From NCBI GenBank assembly GCA_965248575.1, contig CBDFJQ010000002.1, positions 4,192,001-4,256,000 on the forward strand: a stretch of 64,000 bases of DNA, given 5' to 3'. The stretch is from Planctomycetota bacterium. GTDB lineage: Bacteria > Planctomycetota > B15-G4. Positions 50,368-59,839 of the stretch are shown piece after piece. A program made the translations under genes and the position numbers. The notes under the pieces are model-generated. The model was not told the DNA's origin, ran no database searches, and saw nothing but the letters and a program-made list of their open reading frames with translations. Within the stretch, counting starts at the first letter, position 1, and every line of letters starts with the position of its first letter.

Positions 50368-51804
50368 CTAGACCTCTTCGGAGAGGCGCTCGATCTCGTC
50401 CAAGAGGGCGTGCGTGTCTTCGACGCTGGTCTCCGCATTGACAAAGACCATGCGGTAGGCCGGCCAGTCATCGACGGTTGCGTAGTTCACCAGGAACTGG
50501 CCTTTCTCGCAGAGCTTGGCGCGGCTGGCGGTGGTGCAGGCGGAGAGGGGCTCGTTCAGCTCATCAGCCGCGAGATGTCGCAGGCGCTGGGGGACGTAGC
50601 GGAAGCAGACGTTGATGGAATTCAGCTCTCTGGCCAGCTCGAAGCCGGGCCGGGCCTGCAACTCGTCACTGAACTGGGACGCCATCTGGAAGAAGTGATC
50701 CACACGGCGCGCGAAGCCTTCATCACCGTGGGATTGCCAGGAGAACCAGAGCTTCAGGGCGTCCACGCGACGCCCGCACTGCAGGCTGAGTTCGCCGAGG
50801 TCGTAGCAGGCGTCCGTGTCGCTGTGGAAGAGGTAATCGGCACCCATGCCGTTGGTGGAGCAGAGGTTGCCGCTCGTCTTCATGAGGGTGGCTGAACATG
50901 CCAGCGGCACACCCATCATCTTGTGGGGATTCCAGGTCACGGAGTCGGCGCGCTCGACCCCGCGCATCAGGCTGCGGTGTCGGGACGAGAACAGCACCGT
51001 GCCTCCGAGCGAGGCGTCGACATGCAACCAGAGCTTGTGGTGCTCGCTGACGTCGGCGAGCTTGTCGATCGGGTCGAAGGCCCCCGCCACGGTGGTGCCT
51101 GCAGTGGCAGCGACCAGGAACGGCGTCTGGCCCTCGGCAAGCGCCGCTTGCACGGCCCGCTCAAGCGCGTCCGGCAACATGCAGCCCTGCGCATCACAGG
51201 CCACTTCGATAGCCGCGTCCGTCCCCAGGCCCATCACGGCAGCGGCGCGTGCCAGGGAGTAGTGGGCTTCGTTGGACACGAAGAAGACAGGCTTGTCGGT
51301 GGCGCGGTGTCCCTCTTTCTTCACGTGCGGGAACGCGCGGTGGCGCGCCGCAAGCACGGACATCAGGTTGCTGATGCTGCCGCCGGGGGCGAAGACGCCT
51401 TCGCCGTGTTCGAAGCCCACCAGATCGTTCATGCGGCGGATCAACTGCGCCTCCATGAGCGTGGCGACGGGCGCGGCCTCGTAGGTGTACATGGACGTGT
51501 TGATCAGGGCCGTGATCCACTCACCCAGGATGGCCGCAGGGTCGGAGCCACCGAACAACTGATTGAAGAAGCGAGGGTGGCCGGTGCGGACGCTGTAGGC
51601 GAGCACCTGTTCCATGTCGCCGATCAAGTCGGAGAGCGGCCTACCTTGGGCGCGCAGGCCGAGCCCGAGGACCTCCTGCAGGTCGGTGGGCGGCAGGGGC
51701 CGGGCGACCGGGGTGGACGGGTCGTGATGGGAGGCCAGGTACTCGCTCGCCAGCTGGGCAGCACGTTGGAGTGTGGCGTCGATTTCGGTACCGAGCAGGG
51801 GCAT
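50368..51804 (-). CDS. Group II PLP-dependent decarboxylase (CSAD/GAD-like)
   Basis: TGHPRFFNQLF, TYEAAPV, PGGSISN, AHYS, TAGTTV.GAFDP, WLHVDA, DSVTWNPHK (PLP Lys), QCGRRVDALKLW. Confidence 0.9.
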   Translation of the reverse strand: MPLLGTEIDATLQRAAQLASEYLASHHDPSTPVARPLPPTDLQEVLGLGLRAQGRPLSDLIGDMEQVLAYSVRTGHPRFFNQLFGGSDPAAILGEWITALINTSMYTYEAAPVATLMEAQLIRRMNDLVGFEHGEGVFAPGGSISNLMSVLAARHRAFPHVKKEGHRATDKPVFFVSNEAHYSLARAAAVMGLGTDAAIEVACDAQGCMLPDALERAVQAALAEGQTPFLVAATAGTTVAGAFDPIDKLADVSEHHKLWLHVDASLGGTVLFSSRHRSLMRGVERADSVTWNPHKMMGVPLACSATLMKTSGNLCSTNGMGADYLFHSDTDACYDLGELSLQCGRRVDALKLWFSWQSHGDEGFARRVDHFFQMASQFSDELQARPGFELARELNSINVCFRYVPQRLRHLAADELNEPLSACTTASRAKLCEKGQFLVNYATVDDWPAYRMVFVNAETSVEDTHALLDEIERLSEEV

Positions 51805-51903
51805 GACGGGGCCTGGATGTGCGGGAAACGCCCCAAACTTGCATCCAGAGACCGGGCGCTCCACTGGGGAGCTCCGCCAGCGACGGCGGGTTAAGCCCCC
51901 ATC

Positions 51904-54186
51904 TTAGGCCGGGCCGCCCGTCCCACGCGAGGGCCCCATGGGTTTCCGTGCCCTGAGGCGGTGCGCTTTCTTGTCCAGGCGCTCGTGGAGGGCGATCAGC
52001 TCTTGCTGGGAACTGCGGCTCTTGCCCTGCGGTGGTTGGAGCTGGATATAGCTGCCATCCGACTGCATTTCCCACGCAGAACGCTGATCGGCGAACTGTA
52101 ATTCGAAGAGGGTGTGCAGCTCTGCCTGGAGCTTCGGGTCTTCCACCGGAGCGAGCACCTCGACACGGTTGTTGAGGTTGCGTGCCATGCAATCGGCGGA
52201 GCCGATGTAGTACTCCTCCTGGCCGTCGTTCCGGAAGTAGATGATCCGGGAGTGCTCGAGGAAGCGGCCCACCACGCTGATCACCCGAACGTTCTCCGAG
52301 AGACCGGCGATGCCGGGTCTCAAGCGGCAGCTGTCGCGGACGACAAGCTCCACGCGTACGCCGGCCTGGGCTGCTTCGTAGAGCGCCCTGGTGATGGCGG
52401 AGTCCTCCAAGGCGTTCATCTTCATCCGGATCAGGCCCGGAGAGTCTTCGCTGTGGAGCTTCATCTCCCGTTCGATCTTGCTGATCAGCTTCGTCTTGCA
52501 GCCCTTGGGCGCCGTGAGGATCTTCGAGTAGTGGCGCCGGGGCTTGAAGCCCGTGGTGAGGTAGTTGAACAGCTCGGTTATGTCGGCGCCGATGTCCGGG
52601 TCGCTGGTGAGCAGGCCGAGGTCCGAGTAGCGACGCGCTGTCTCGGAGTGGTAGTTGCCGGTGCCGATGTGCGTGTAGCGGCGGAGGCCGTCGTAGTCCT
52701 GGCGCACCACCTGCACAACCTTGCAGTGGGTCTTCAGGCCGACGACGCCGTAGGTCACGTGAATCCCCACTTCCTCCAGACGGCTGGCCCAGCGGATGTT
52801 CGCGGCTTCGTCGAACTTGGCCTTGAGTTCCACTACCACGGCGACCTGCTTGCCATTCCTGGCAGCGTCGATGAGGTACTGGATGACCTTGCTGCCCGGC
52901 GATGTGCGATAGAGGCACATCTTGATGGCGCGCACCTTGGGGTCCCGGCAGGACTCCTTGAGGAAGCGTTCCACAGAGCCGGAAAACGACTGGTACGGGT
53001 GGTGTAGCAGGAGGCTGCCGGTATCCCGGATGACGTGAAAGATGTTGCGGTCGGTGATGAGGTCCGGGTGGTCCACGGGGTGGTGGGTCGTGCGCCGGAG
53101 GTCGGGGTCTTCGACGGCAGACAGGACGTCCGTGAGGTCGGACATGCCCTGCATGCCATCCACCTCGAACACGTCCATGACCTCCGCCAGCCCTAGTTCG
53201 GTGGCGAGCATCGCGCTGTGCTGGGTAGAGATCCCGCTGGACACTTCCAGCCGGACCACTGGCGCGAATTTCCGATCGCGCAGCTCGGTCTCGATCATCT
53301 CCAGCAGATCGTCTGCGTCTTCCTCTTCCGTCTCCGTGTTCGCATTGCGCGTGACACGGAACACAGCGACGTCGTCGATGACCATGCCTGGAAAGAGCAG
53401 ATCGAGGTTGTTCGCGACGATGGACTCCATGGGTACGAAGGTGTGCCGATCCGGAACCTGCTTGAGGCGCGGGATCCCCGACCCCCTGGGCACCTTCACC
53501 CGGGCAAGAGATGTGTTCGGGTCATCGGGGTAGTGCAGATTCACCAGCAGGTTGAGCGAGAGGTTCGAGACGAAGGGGAAGGGATGGGCCGGGTCAGTCC
53601 CCTGTGGAGTGAGCAGGGGGTAGATGTTGGCGATGAAGTCTTCGCGCAGGGACGCCTGATCGTCCTCGGGCAGGTCCTGGTAATGGGTGATGTGGATGTC
53701 GTGCTCGCTCAGTTCGGCCAGGACCGTGCGCATGGTCTCGCGTTTGTGGGCTTCGAGCCGACGCACCAGGGCGTTGCTCTCCTCGATCTGCATGGAGGGT
53801 GTGCGGCCGTCGACGGTGCGGGCGTGAAGGCCTGCACCGAGTTGCTGCTTGAGGCCGCCGATTCGCTTCATGAAGAACTCGTCGATGTTGCCGCTGACGA
53901 TGCCCAAGAACATGAGTCGATCCAGGAGCGGCGTGCGCGGGTCTTCAGCTTCGTGGAGGACGCGGAAGTTGAAGTTGAGCCAGGTGAGCTCCCGGTTGAG
54001 GTAGTACTCGGAGGAGGACAGATCGTGGGTTCCGTCCGCCGAGGCCTTGGGGCTCGGGTCGGGGGCCACAGGTGTGCAGGGCACCTGCGAGGGCATGCCC
54101 AGGTGGGGCCCGTCATGGCCAGCGCTCGCCACGGCATCCGGGGCTTCGTCGCCGCGAGAGGAGTCTGGGGAGGAGCGGGGATTCAT
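51904..54186 (-). CDS. ppk1: Polyphosphate kinase 1
   Basis: YLNRELTWLNFN.RVL, NIDEFFMKR, AHPFPF, LLHHPY, YRT, ELKAKFDE, KTHCK, GTGNY, GRFLEHSR, SAD.M.RNL..RVE. Confidence 0.96.
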   Translation of the reverse strand: MNPRSSPDSSRGDEAPDAVASAGHDGPHLGMPSQVPCTPVAPDPSPKASADGTHDLSSSEYYLNRELTWLNFNFRVLHEAEDPRTPLLDRLMFLGIVSGNIDEFFMKRIGGLKQQLGAGLHARTVDGRTPSMQIEESNALVRRLEAHKRETMRTVLAELSEHDIHITHYQDLPEDDQASLREDFIANIYPLLTPQGTDPAHPFPFVSNLSLNLLVNLHYPDDPNTSLARVKVPRGSGIPRLKQVPDRHTFVPMESIVANNLDLLFPGMVIDDVAVFRVTRNANTETEEEDADDLLEMIETELRDRKFAPVVRLEVSSGISTQHSAMLATELGLAEVMDVFEVDGMQGMSDLTDVLSAVEDPDLRRTTHHPVDHPDLITDRNIFHVIRDTGSLLLHHPYQSFSGSVERFLKESCRDPKVRAIKMCLYRTSPGSKVIQYLIDAARNGKQVAVVVELKAKFDEAANIRWASRLEEVGIHVTYGVVGLKTHCKVVQVVRQDYDGLRRYTHIGTGNYHSETARRYSDLGLLTSDPDIGADITELFNYLTTGFKPRRHYSKILTAPKGCKTKLISKIEREMKLHSEDSPGLIRMKMNALEDSAITRALYEAAQAGVRVELVVRDSCRLRPGIAGLSENVRVISVVGRFLEHSRIIYFRNDGQEEYYIGSADCMARNLNNRVEVLAPVEDPKLQAELHTLFELQFADQRSAWEMQSDGSYIQLQPPQGKSRSSQQELIALHERLDKKAHRLRARKPMGPSRGTGGPA

Positions 54187-54368
54187 GAGCGGGCTACAAG
54201 GGGTGGGTCACCGGATGCTTTCATCGGTCAGACGTGATTATCATCCTGATTCCGCTTTCGCGCTGATCCGCTCCGGGCGGGCGCCTGGTGGCTGGGCCCT
54301 CCTGACCTGGAACACCCCAAACGCACGATCCTGGTGCCCTGGAGGGCATGCACATGGAGCCTGACCCG

Positions 54369-54911
54369 ATGGTCGCTCGCCAACTCCTGATCATGCGGCA
54401 CGGCAAGGCCGCGTGGGGCGGGCCCGGCACACGCGATTTTGACCGAAGCCTCACAGAGCGTGGGTGGCGGGATGCCCGGTCGGTCGGAGGGCGGTTGCAG
54501 GCTGCTGGTCTGGTGCCGGACCACGTGGTGTGTTCCAGCGCGCAGCGCGCGCGCTCCACCGTCGAGGCGGTGCTGGGCGAGATGGACATCCCTTTGGACA
54601 CGGTGCGCTGGTGTGAGGACATCTACGAGGCGACGCCGGCCACGCTCTTGCGCGTGCTGGGCGAGATACCCGCCCCGGCACGGTGTGTGTTGATCGTGGG
54701 CCACAATCCAGGTTTCGAGATGCTCACGACCCTGTTGGCGGCCAGCCAACTGAAGATGCCTGAGCGGGGAGCCTTCTTTCCCACGGCTGGCCTGGCGCGT
54801 CTTGCGGTGCTGTACGACAGCGGGCACGAGGGGGACTTCACGTGGGGTTCGCTACACGCCGGGAGCTGTGAAGTCCTGGAGATGCTGCGCCCGAAAACGA
54901 TCGACGACTAG
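54369..54911 (+). CDS. sixA: Phosphohistidine phosphatase (histidine phosphatase family)
   Basis: LLIMRHGKA, DFDRSLTERG, SSAQRARST, LIVGHNP, FPTAG. Confidence 0.85.
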   Translation: MVARQLLIMRHGKAAWGGPGTRDFDRSLTERGWRDARSVGGRLQAAGLVPDHVVCSSAQRARSTVEAVLGEMDIPLDTVRWCEDIYEATPATLLRVLGEIPAPARCVLIVGHNPGFEMLTTLLAASQLKMPERGAFFPTAGLARLAVLYDSGHEGDFTWGSLHAGSCEVLEMLRPKTIDD

Positions 54912-56143
54912 TCCCAGCGCACGGCCCGGGAGCTGTCCCGGGGGGTCAGGACCGTTTCCGGGCCCGTCTCCGGTTCGCGTCGGAAACCGAGCAGGTGGAA
55001 GATCTGCCGCACGAACCAGCGGGCCCGCTGGCGGTCCACGAGGAAGCTCCCCTGTCGGCTGGGGTGTCGCCGCACGCCTGGCAGGAGGTGCACCCAGCGC
55101 ATGGCTTGCAGTTGGCGCAACCACGCGGAGGCCGCGAGCCAGATGGGATGCACAGGCCGGACCAGGAAGAAGCCGTCGGACCCGAGCCCTTGGTAACGAG
55201 GCATCAACATCAGGGCGGAGACGGGCGCGGTCACGGGGCCTTGCCGATCGAGAGCCAGGAGGTCACCGCGCGAGATGCGTTGGAAGCTGCTGAAGCCCGG
55301 TTCCATCTGGAATTCGGCTTCGGGTCGCACCTCGTGGCGGTGGCGCACCTCGACCACGCTTGCGATGCCGCCGTTGACTTGGGCGAGCAACGCGCGTGCC
55401 TGGCGCGGCTCCGGGCGGCTGTCCCGGGCCAGGATTCCCGCAGTCTCCATGGCGATCCAGATCGCGGCGGCGGCGTGCTCCACACTGCTTGGCTCTTGGT
55501 GCTGTCCACCCTCAAAGGCGATGGCAGGGATCGGGTACTTGGAAATGACGTATCCGGTGAGCGTGCCAGCGAGTTCCTCTTCCAGACCGAGGACGCGCGG
55601 GACGGGGAGCCTTCCGGCGAAGGCTCGATTGCGCAGCGTGTCATCCATGACCACGAAGGGACTGCCCGGTCCCGAAGTGCTGTGCAGGTCGAGTAGGCAG
55701 TCCGCCTGCGGCAAGACCCTGCTCAGCTCGGCGTGCAGCTCCCGTAGCTCGAGTGCTTCCGGGGAGAGTTCCGCCGGATCCGAGGCGCAGACGGACTCGA
55801 TGTTCTCTGGCCGCCAGACGCGGTTCATGTCTTCGGCAATGTGGCGCACGTCCTGTCTGAGGGCGGCGCGATTGCCGGAGAACCCGACCAGGCGTCCTAC
55901 GAGTCCGCTGTCATCCTCGCCCAAGGTGGCGAGGATCCGTTGCAGTGCCAAAACCCCGGAGCGTTCGTTGCCATGAAGCCCCGCAACGCAAACAAGAGTG
56001 GGGCAGGGCCCGGAGCCGTGCCCCTGGGTCTGCGAGTTGCCGCGAAGATCCCCCAGAAGCCGCGGGACCTCGAAGGCTTCCGCAGGGTCGGGGGAGTGCG
56101 CCAGGTGCTGCGCGGTGTTGATGTTGTTTAGGAAGGCGGACAC
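54908..56143 (-). CDS. Succinylglutamate desuccinylase/aspartoacylase (M14-like) family protein
   Basis: AGLHGNE, DMNRVW, LDLHST, FEGGQH; GTG 56143 chosen within the longer 54908..56932 ORF. Confidence 0.82.
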   Translation of the reverse strand: MSAFLNNINTAQHLAHSPDPAEAFEVPRLLGDLRGNSQTQGHGSGPCPTLVCVAGLHGNERSGVLALQRILATLGEDDSGLVGRLVGFSGNRAALRQDVRHIAEDMNRVWRPENIESVCASDPAELSPEALELRELHAELSRVLPQADCLLDLHSTSGPGSPFVVMDDTLRNRAFAGRLPVPRVLGLEEELAGTLTGYVISKYPIPAIAFEGGQHQEPSSVEHAAAAIWIAMETAGILARDSRPEPRQARALLAQVNGGIASVVEVRHRHEVRPEAEFQMEPGFSSFQRISRGDLLALDRQGPVTAPVSALMLMPRYQGLGSDGFFLVRPVHPIWLAASAWLRQLQAMRWVHLLPGVRRHPSRQGSFLVDRQRARWFVRQIFHLLGFRREPETGPETVLTPRDSSRAVRWD

Positions 56144-56256
56144 AGGATCCGGGCTAGGATAATCGATTGTCGCTCCTGGCTCGACGGAAAGCCGACACTT
56201 CTGGCCCCTCAGCCGAGAGCTTTTGAGGTCGCTGGAGCCCTGGGGCTCATGGCGCG

Positions 56257-56865
56257 TTAGGGCGTGGGCCCTTGAAGCCTGTGTGGCAGCGGCGGGACGA
56301 AGCCACTGGCGATCAGGTCTCGCTCCATTTCCAGCTCGTGGGCGGCCGTTGCGGCGGCTTGCTGCCTGAAACCTGAGCAGGTGTGGGCCTCCAGGGCCTC
56401 GGGGCATCCATCGCACATGCGAGCGCGGCGAGGTGCCCGCTGGAGGGTGTAGAGCCGCATCATCGCGGCCAGGGCGGCCAAGGCCAGGAGGCCCTCGAGC
56501 AGTTGGCCCCCGAGGGTAGCCAGGGCGGCGAGGGCCACGCTCGCACCGGCCATGCCTCGCAGCAGGTCCCGGACGAGCCGGGGCCAGCGTGAGTGGAGCG
56601 CGGGGTGCGAGAACACCGCGACGGTGGGCAAGAGCACGCTCAACGCTCTTGGCGCGGCCTCCGGCTGGATGGCCTGGTTCCAGGAAAGCAGCGCCGTGAG
56701 GCCGAGGCCAGCCCACAGCGCACTGCAACTGCGGCAGAGGGAAAGCCGGCCCAAGCGCAGGACGTCCGCGGAGAACCGTTCGCAGAGGGGCTTGTGGGCC
56801 CACCGATACGGCCACGCGTGGCGCCACCAAGAGGCCCGTTGGTTGAGCGACCGGCGCAGGTTCAC
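56257..56865 (-). CDS. Cys-rich integral membrane protein (DUF2085-like N-terminus)
   Basis: HKPLCERF...LCRSC, about 4 TM helices, C-terminal CDGC...CSG; GTGA overlap with the upstream gene. Confidence 0.65.
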   Translation of the reverse strand: MNLRRSLNQRASWWRHAWPYRWAHKPLCERFSADVLRLGRLSLCRSCSALWAGLGLTALLSWNQAIQPEAAPRALSVLLPTVAVFSHPALHSRWPRLVRDLLRGMAGASVALAALATLGGQLLEGLLALAALAAMMRLYTLQRAPRRARMCDGCPEALEAHTCSGFRQQAAATAAHELEMERDLIASGFVPPLPHRLQGPTP

Positions 56866-57323
56866 GCCGGGGGGCCCGGAGGCTGTCCACGCAGGCTCTC
56901 GGCGATGTCGAACAGGATGTTGCCGACGGCACCCGTGGGGACGTATCCCACGACGGGCTGGATGACGACTGCCGTGCCGTGCACGACCGTCATGGTGTTG
57001 CCCATGCTCGTGAGTTCGAACTCCACGTTGATGATGGCGTTGGCGCTCTGGCGTTTCGCCATGGCCAGCATGCGATCCACGGACCGTTGGCGCGCTTCAT
57101 CGCCCAAGGTCGTGTAGGAGGTGAGCTCGCCGCCGCTGATGGTCTTGACGCCCATCGCGCAGTCCTGGCCGATGTCCTTCGAGCGCATGGAGATGCCCCA
57201 GCACATCCCCTTGTAGTCGACGATCTCGTAGCCGTCGAAGCCTTCGGCACCGCTCATGAGGACCCGGCCGCCGTCGATCTCAGGCCGGGTGCCCGAGCGC
57301 AGGTCTTCCCTGTTCAGCGTCAT
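56862..57323 (-). CDS. YbjQ/UPF0145 (putative heavy-metal-binding) family protein
   Basis: GYEIVDYKG, KTISGGELTSYT, EARQRSVDRM, ANAII, HGTAV. Confidence 0.88.
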   Translation of the reverse strand: MTLNREDLRSGTRPEIDGGRVLMSGAEGFDGYEIVDYKGMCWGISMRSKDIGQDCAMGVKTISGGELTSYTTLGDEARQRSVDRMLAMAKRQSANAIINVEFELTSMGNTMTVVHGTAVVIQPVVGYVPTGAVGNILFDIAESLRGQPPGPPA

Positions 57324-57324
57324 C

Positions 57325-57528
57325 TCAGTTCTTTCCCTGTTGTTGAAGCGTGGCGCCACAGCTGTTGCAGTGCGCGGCCTCCATGAGCTCGACGCGGACG
57401 CGTTCACCGCACTGCGGGCAGGCATAGGTCTTGCGGCTCTCCATGGCGCGCAGGAAGAACACGATGCCGAAGCCCAGGACCAATCCGCCGGCCACGGCGA
57501 TGACGATCAGATCTCCAGTCCAACCCAT
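57325..57528 (-). CDS. Small membrane-anchored zinc-ribbon protein (67 aa)
   Basis: N-terminal TM helix, CPQC-x13-CNSC; stop 1 nt from the ybjQ-like start. Confidence 0.75.
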   Translation of the reverse strand: MGWTGDLIVIAVAGGLVLGFGIVFFLRAMESRKTYACPQCGERVRVELMEAAHCNSCGATLQQQGKN

Positions 57529-57781
57529 GAGTGGCTCCTTCTCGACCCTCGGTGCGGGTGCCGATCCGCACGTGCTTCGACCCGTCGCCCGTCGGCACGA
57601 CCGCTTCTTGGGAAGGGTGACGACCCGATTCTATGCGGCCCCCCGAGGAATCTGAATGAGAAGCCCCGGGTGTTTCGTGCCGTCTCCAGGCTAGGTCCCG
57701 CGCACTGGCTGATGGGGTGCCTTGTGGTACGTTTCCGTTCTAGATGCACCGTCTATGACGCGCCCAGCGCCGAGGGTCGAC

Positions 57782-59743
57782 ATGCCTGAGTCCTCCGAAT
57801 CCCACGACCCTGTTTTCCCGCCTTCCGCAGCCTTCGCCGAGCGGGCTCGCGTTGGCTCCATGGATGCCTATCAGGATCTCTACGACCGCTCGGTCGCGGA
57901 CCCGGAGGCCTTCTGGGCCGAGGTCGCCCAGCGCATCGATTGGGAGCGGCCGTGGGATCGCGTCCTAGATTGGGATTTCGAGCGAGCCCACATCCGCTGG
58001 TTCGAGGGTGGGCGCCTGAACGCCACCGTCAACTGCCTGGACCGGCACGTGAATGCGGGGCGCGGCGAGCGCACCGCCATCATCTGGGAAGGGGACGACC
58101 CCGCCCACGACCGGCACATCAGCTACAGCGAGCTGCTGCGAGAGGTGTGCCGCTTCGCGAACGTGCTGCGCAAGCGGGGAGTGAGCAAGGGTGACCGGGT
58201 CTGCCTCTACATGCCCATGGTGCCGGAGCTCGCCATCGCGATGCTGGCCTGCGCCCGGGTGGGGGCCGTGCACAGCATCGTGTTCGGCGGATTCTCGGCG
58301 ACGTCCTTGCGCGACCGCATCCTGGACAGCAGTTGTCGCACCGTGGTCACCGCCGATCAGGGCGTCCGGGCTGGCAAACCCATCCACCTGAAGAAGATCA
58401 CCGACGAGGCGGTCGATGGCGTGGAGTGCGTGCAGGAGGTCATCGTCTTCCAGCGCACAGGTGCCGAGGTGGACATGACGGCCGACCGGGACTTCTGGTG
58501 GCACGACGAAGTGTCCGCGGGCGACATCGCCGACGAGTGCACTCCGGAGAGCATGGATGCCGAGGACCCGCTCTTCATCCTCTACACGTCCGGCTCCACG
58601 GGGCAGCCCAAGGGTGTGCTGCACACGACGGGTGGCTACATGGTGTACGTCGCGTACACCCACGAGCTCGTCTTCGACCACCGCGATGACGACATCTATT
58701 GGTGCACGGCCGACATCGGCTGGGTGACGGGGCACAGCTACATCGTCTATGGGCCCCTGGCCAATGGGGCGACCACCGTGATGTTCGAGGGTGTTCCCAA
58801 CTACCCGGATGCGGGGCGCTTCTGGGATGTGGTGGACAAGCATCAGGTGAGCCTGTTCTACACGGCGCCCACTGCCATCCGCGCGCTGATGACGGCCGGC
58901 GACGAGCCGGTGACCTCCCGCTCCAGGAAGACCCTGCGCTTGCTCGGCACCGTCGGGGAGCCGATCAATGTGGACGCCTGGGAGTGGTACCACCAGGTGG
59001 TGGGCGAGGAACGCTGCCCCATCGTCGACACCTGGTGGCAGACGGAGACTGGGGGCATCCTCATCTCACCGCTCCCGGGTGCGACGCCCGCCAAGCCGGG
59101 CAAGGCCTCGCTACCGTTGCCGGGTATCCGCCCCGAGATCGTGGACGACCAGGGGCATGTGCTCGAGGGGAATTCCGTCTCCGGTTATCTCTGCATGGGC
59201 TTCCCCTGGCCGGGAATGATGCGCGGTGTCTACGGCGACCACGAGCGGTTCCAGCAGACCTACTTCTCCCAGTACCCGGGCAAGTACTTCACGGGCGACG
59301 GCGCGCTGCGCGATGCCGATGGGTACTACAAGATCACGGGGCGCGTGGACGACGTGATCAACGTCTCGGGGCACCGCATGGGCACGGCCGAAGTGGAGTC
59401 CGCCTTGGACACCCATGAGGCGGTGGTCGAGGCTGCCGTCGTGGGCATGCCTCACGCCATCAAGGGGCAGGGCATCTATGCCTACGTCACCTTGGGCAAG
59501 GGGCAGGAGGGTGATGATGCCCTGCGCGCCGAGCTGGTGAAGACCGTGCGCGAGGTCATCGGCCCCATCGCGAGCCCGGACCAGATCCAGTTTGCGGCGG
59601 CCCTGCCCAAGACCCGGAGTGGCAAGATCATGCGCCGGATCCTGCGCAAGATCGCTGCAGGGGAAGTGGATCAGCTCGGCGACACCACGACCTTGGCTGA
59701 CCCGGCAGTCGTGCCCTTCCTGGTCGAGGGGCGCTGCAGCTAG
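57782..59743 (+). CDS. acs: Acetate--CoA ligase
   Basis: [71 protein letters not shown]. Confidence 0.97.
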   Translation: MPESSESHDPVFPPSAAFAERARVGSMDAYQDLYDRSVADPEAFWAEVAQRIDWERPWDRVLDWDFERAHIRWFEGGRLNATVNCLDRHVNAGRGERTAIIWEGDDPAHDRHISYSELLREVCRFANVLRKRGVSKGDRVCLYMPMVPELAIAMLACARVGAVHSIVFGGFSATSLRDRILDSSCRTVVTADQGVRAGKPIHLKKITDEAVDGVECVQEVIVFQRTGAEVDMTADRDFWWHDEVSAGDIADECTPESMDAEDPLFILYTSGSTGQPKGVLHTTGGYMVYVAYTHELVFDHRDDDIYWCTADIGWVTGHSYIVYGPLANGATTVMFEGVPNYPDAGRFWDVVDKHQVSLFYTAPTAIRALMTAGDEPVTSRSRKTLRLLGTVGEPINVDAWEWYHQVVGEERCPIVDTWWQTETGGILISPLPGATPAKPGKASLPLPGIRPEIVDDQGHVLEGNSVSGYLCMGFPWPGMMRGVYGDHERFQQTYFSQYPGKYFTGDGALRDADGYYKITGRVDDVINVSGHRMGTAEVESALDTHEAVVEAAVVGMPHAIKGQGIYAYVTLGKGQEGDDALRAELVKTVREVIGPIASPDQIQFAAALPKTRSGKIMRRILRKIAAGEVDQLGDTTTLADPAVVPFLVEGRCS

Positions 59744-59839
59744 CTTTCCTCAACTCGATCAGGGCAGACGGTCGATGAGCCCAGGTTGGCCGCCTGCAGC
59801 GCAGGCGGCACCCTGTGTGCTTGAGTTGAGAAGGCCCCG

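Noticed and set aside
56144..56932. N-terminal part of the 674-aa minus-strand ORF
   Set aside because: Out-of-frame overlap with the Cys-rich membrane gene; Pro/Arg-rich non-coding composition
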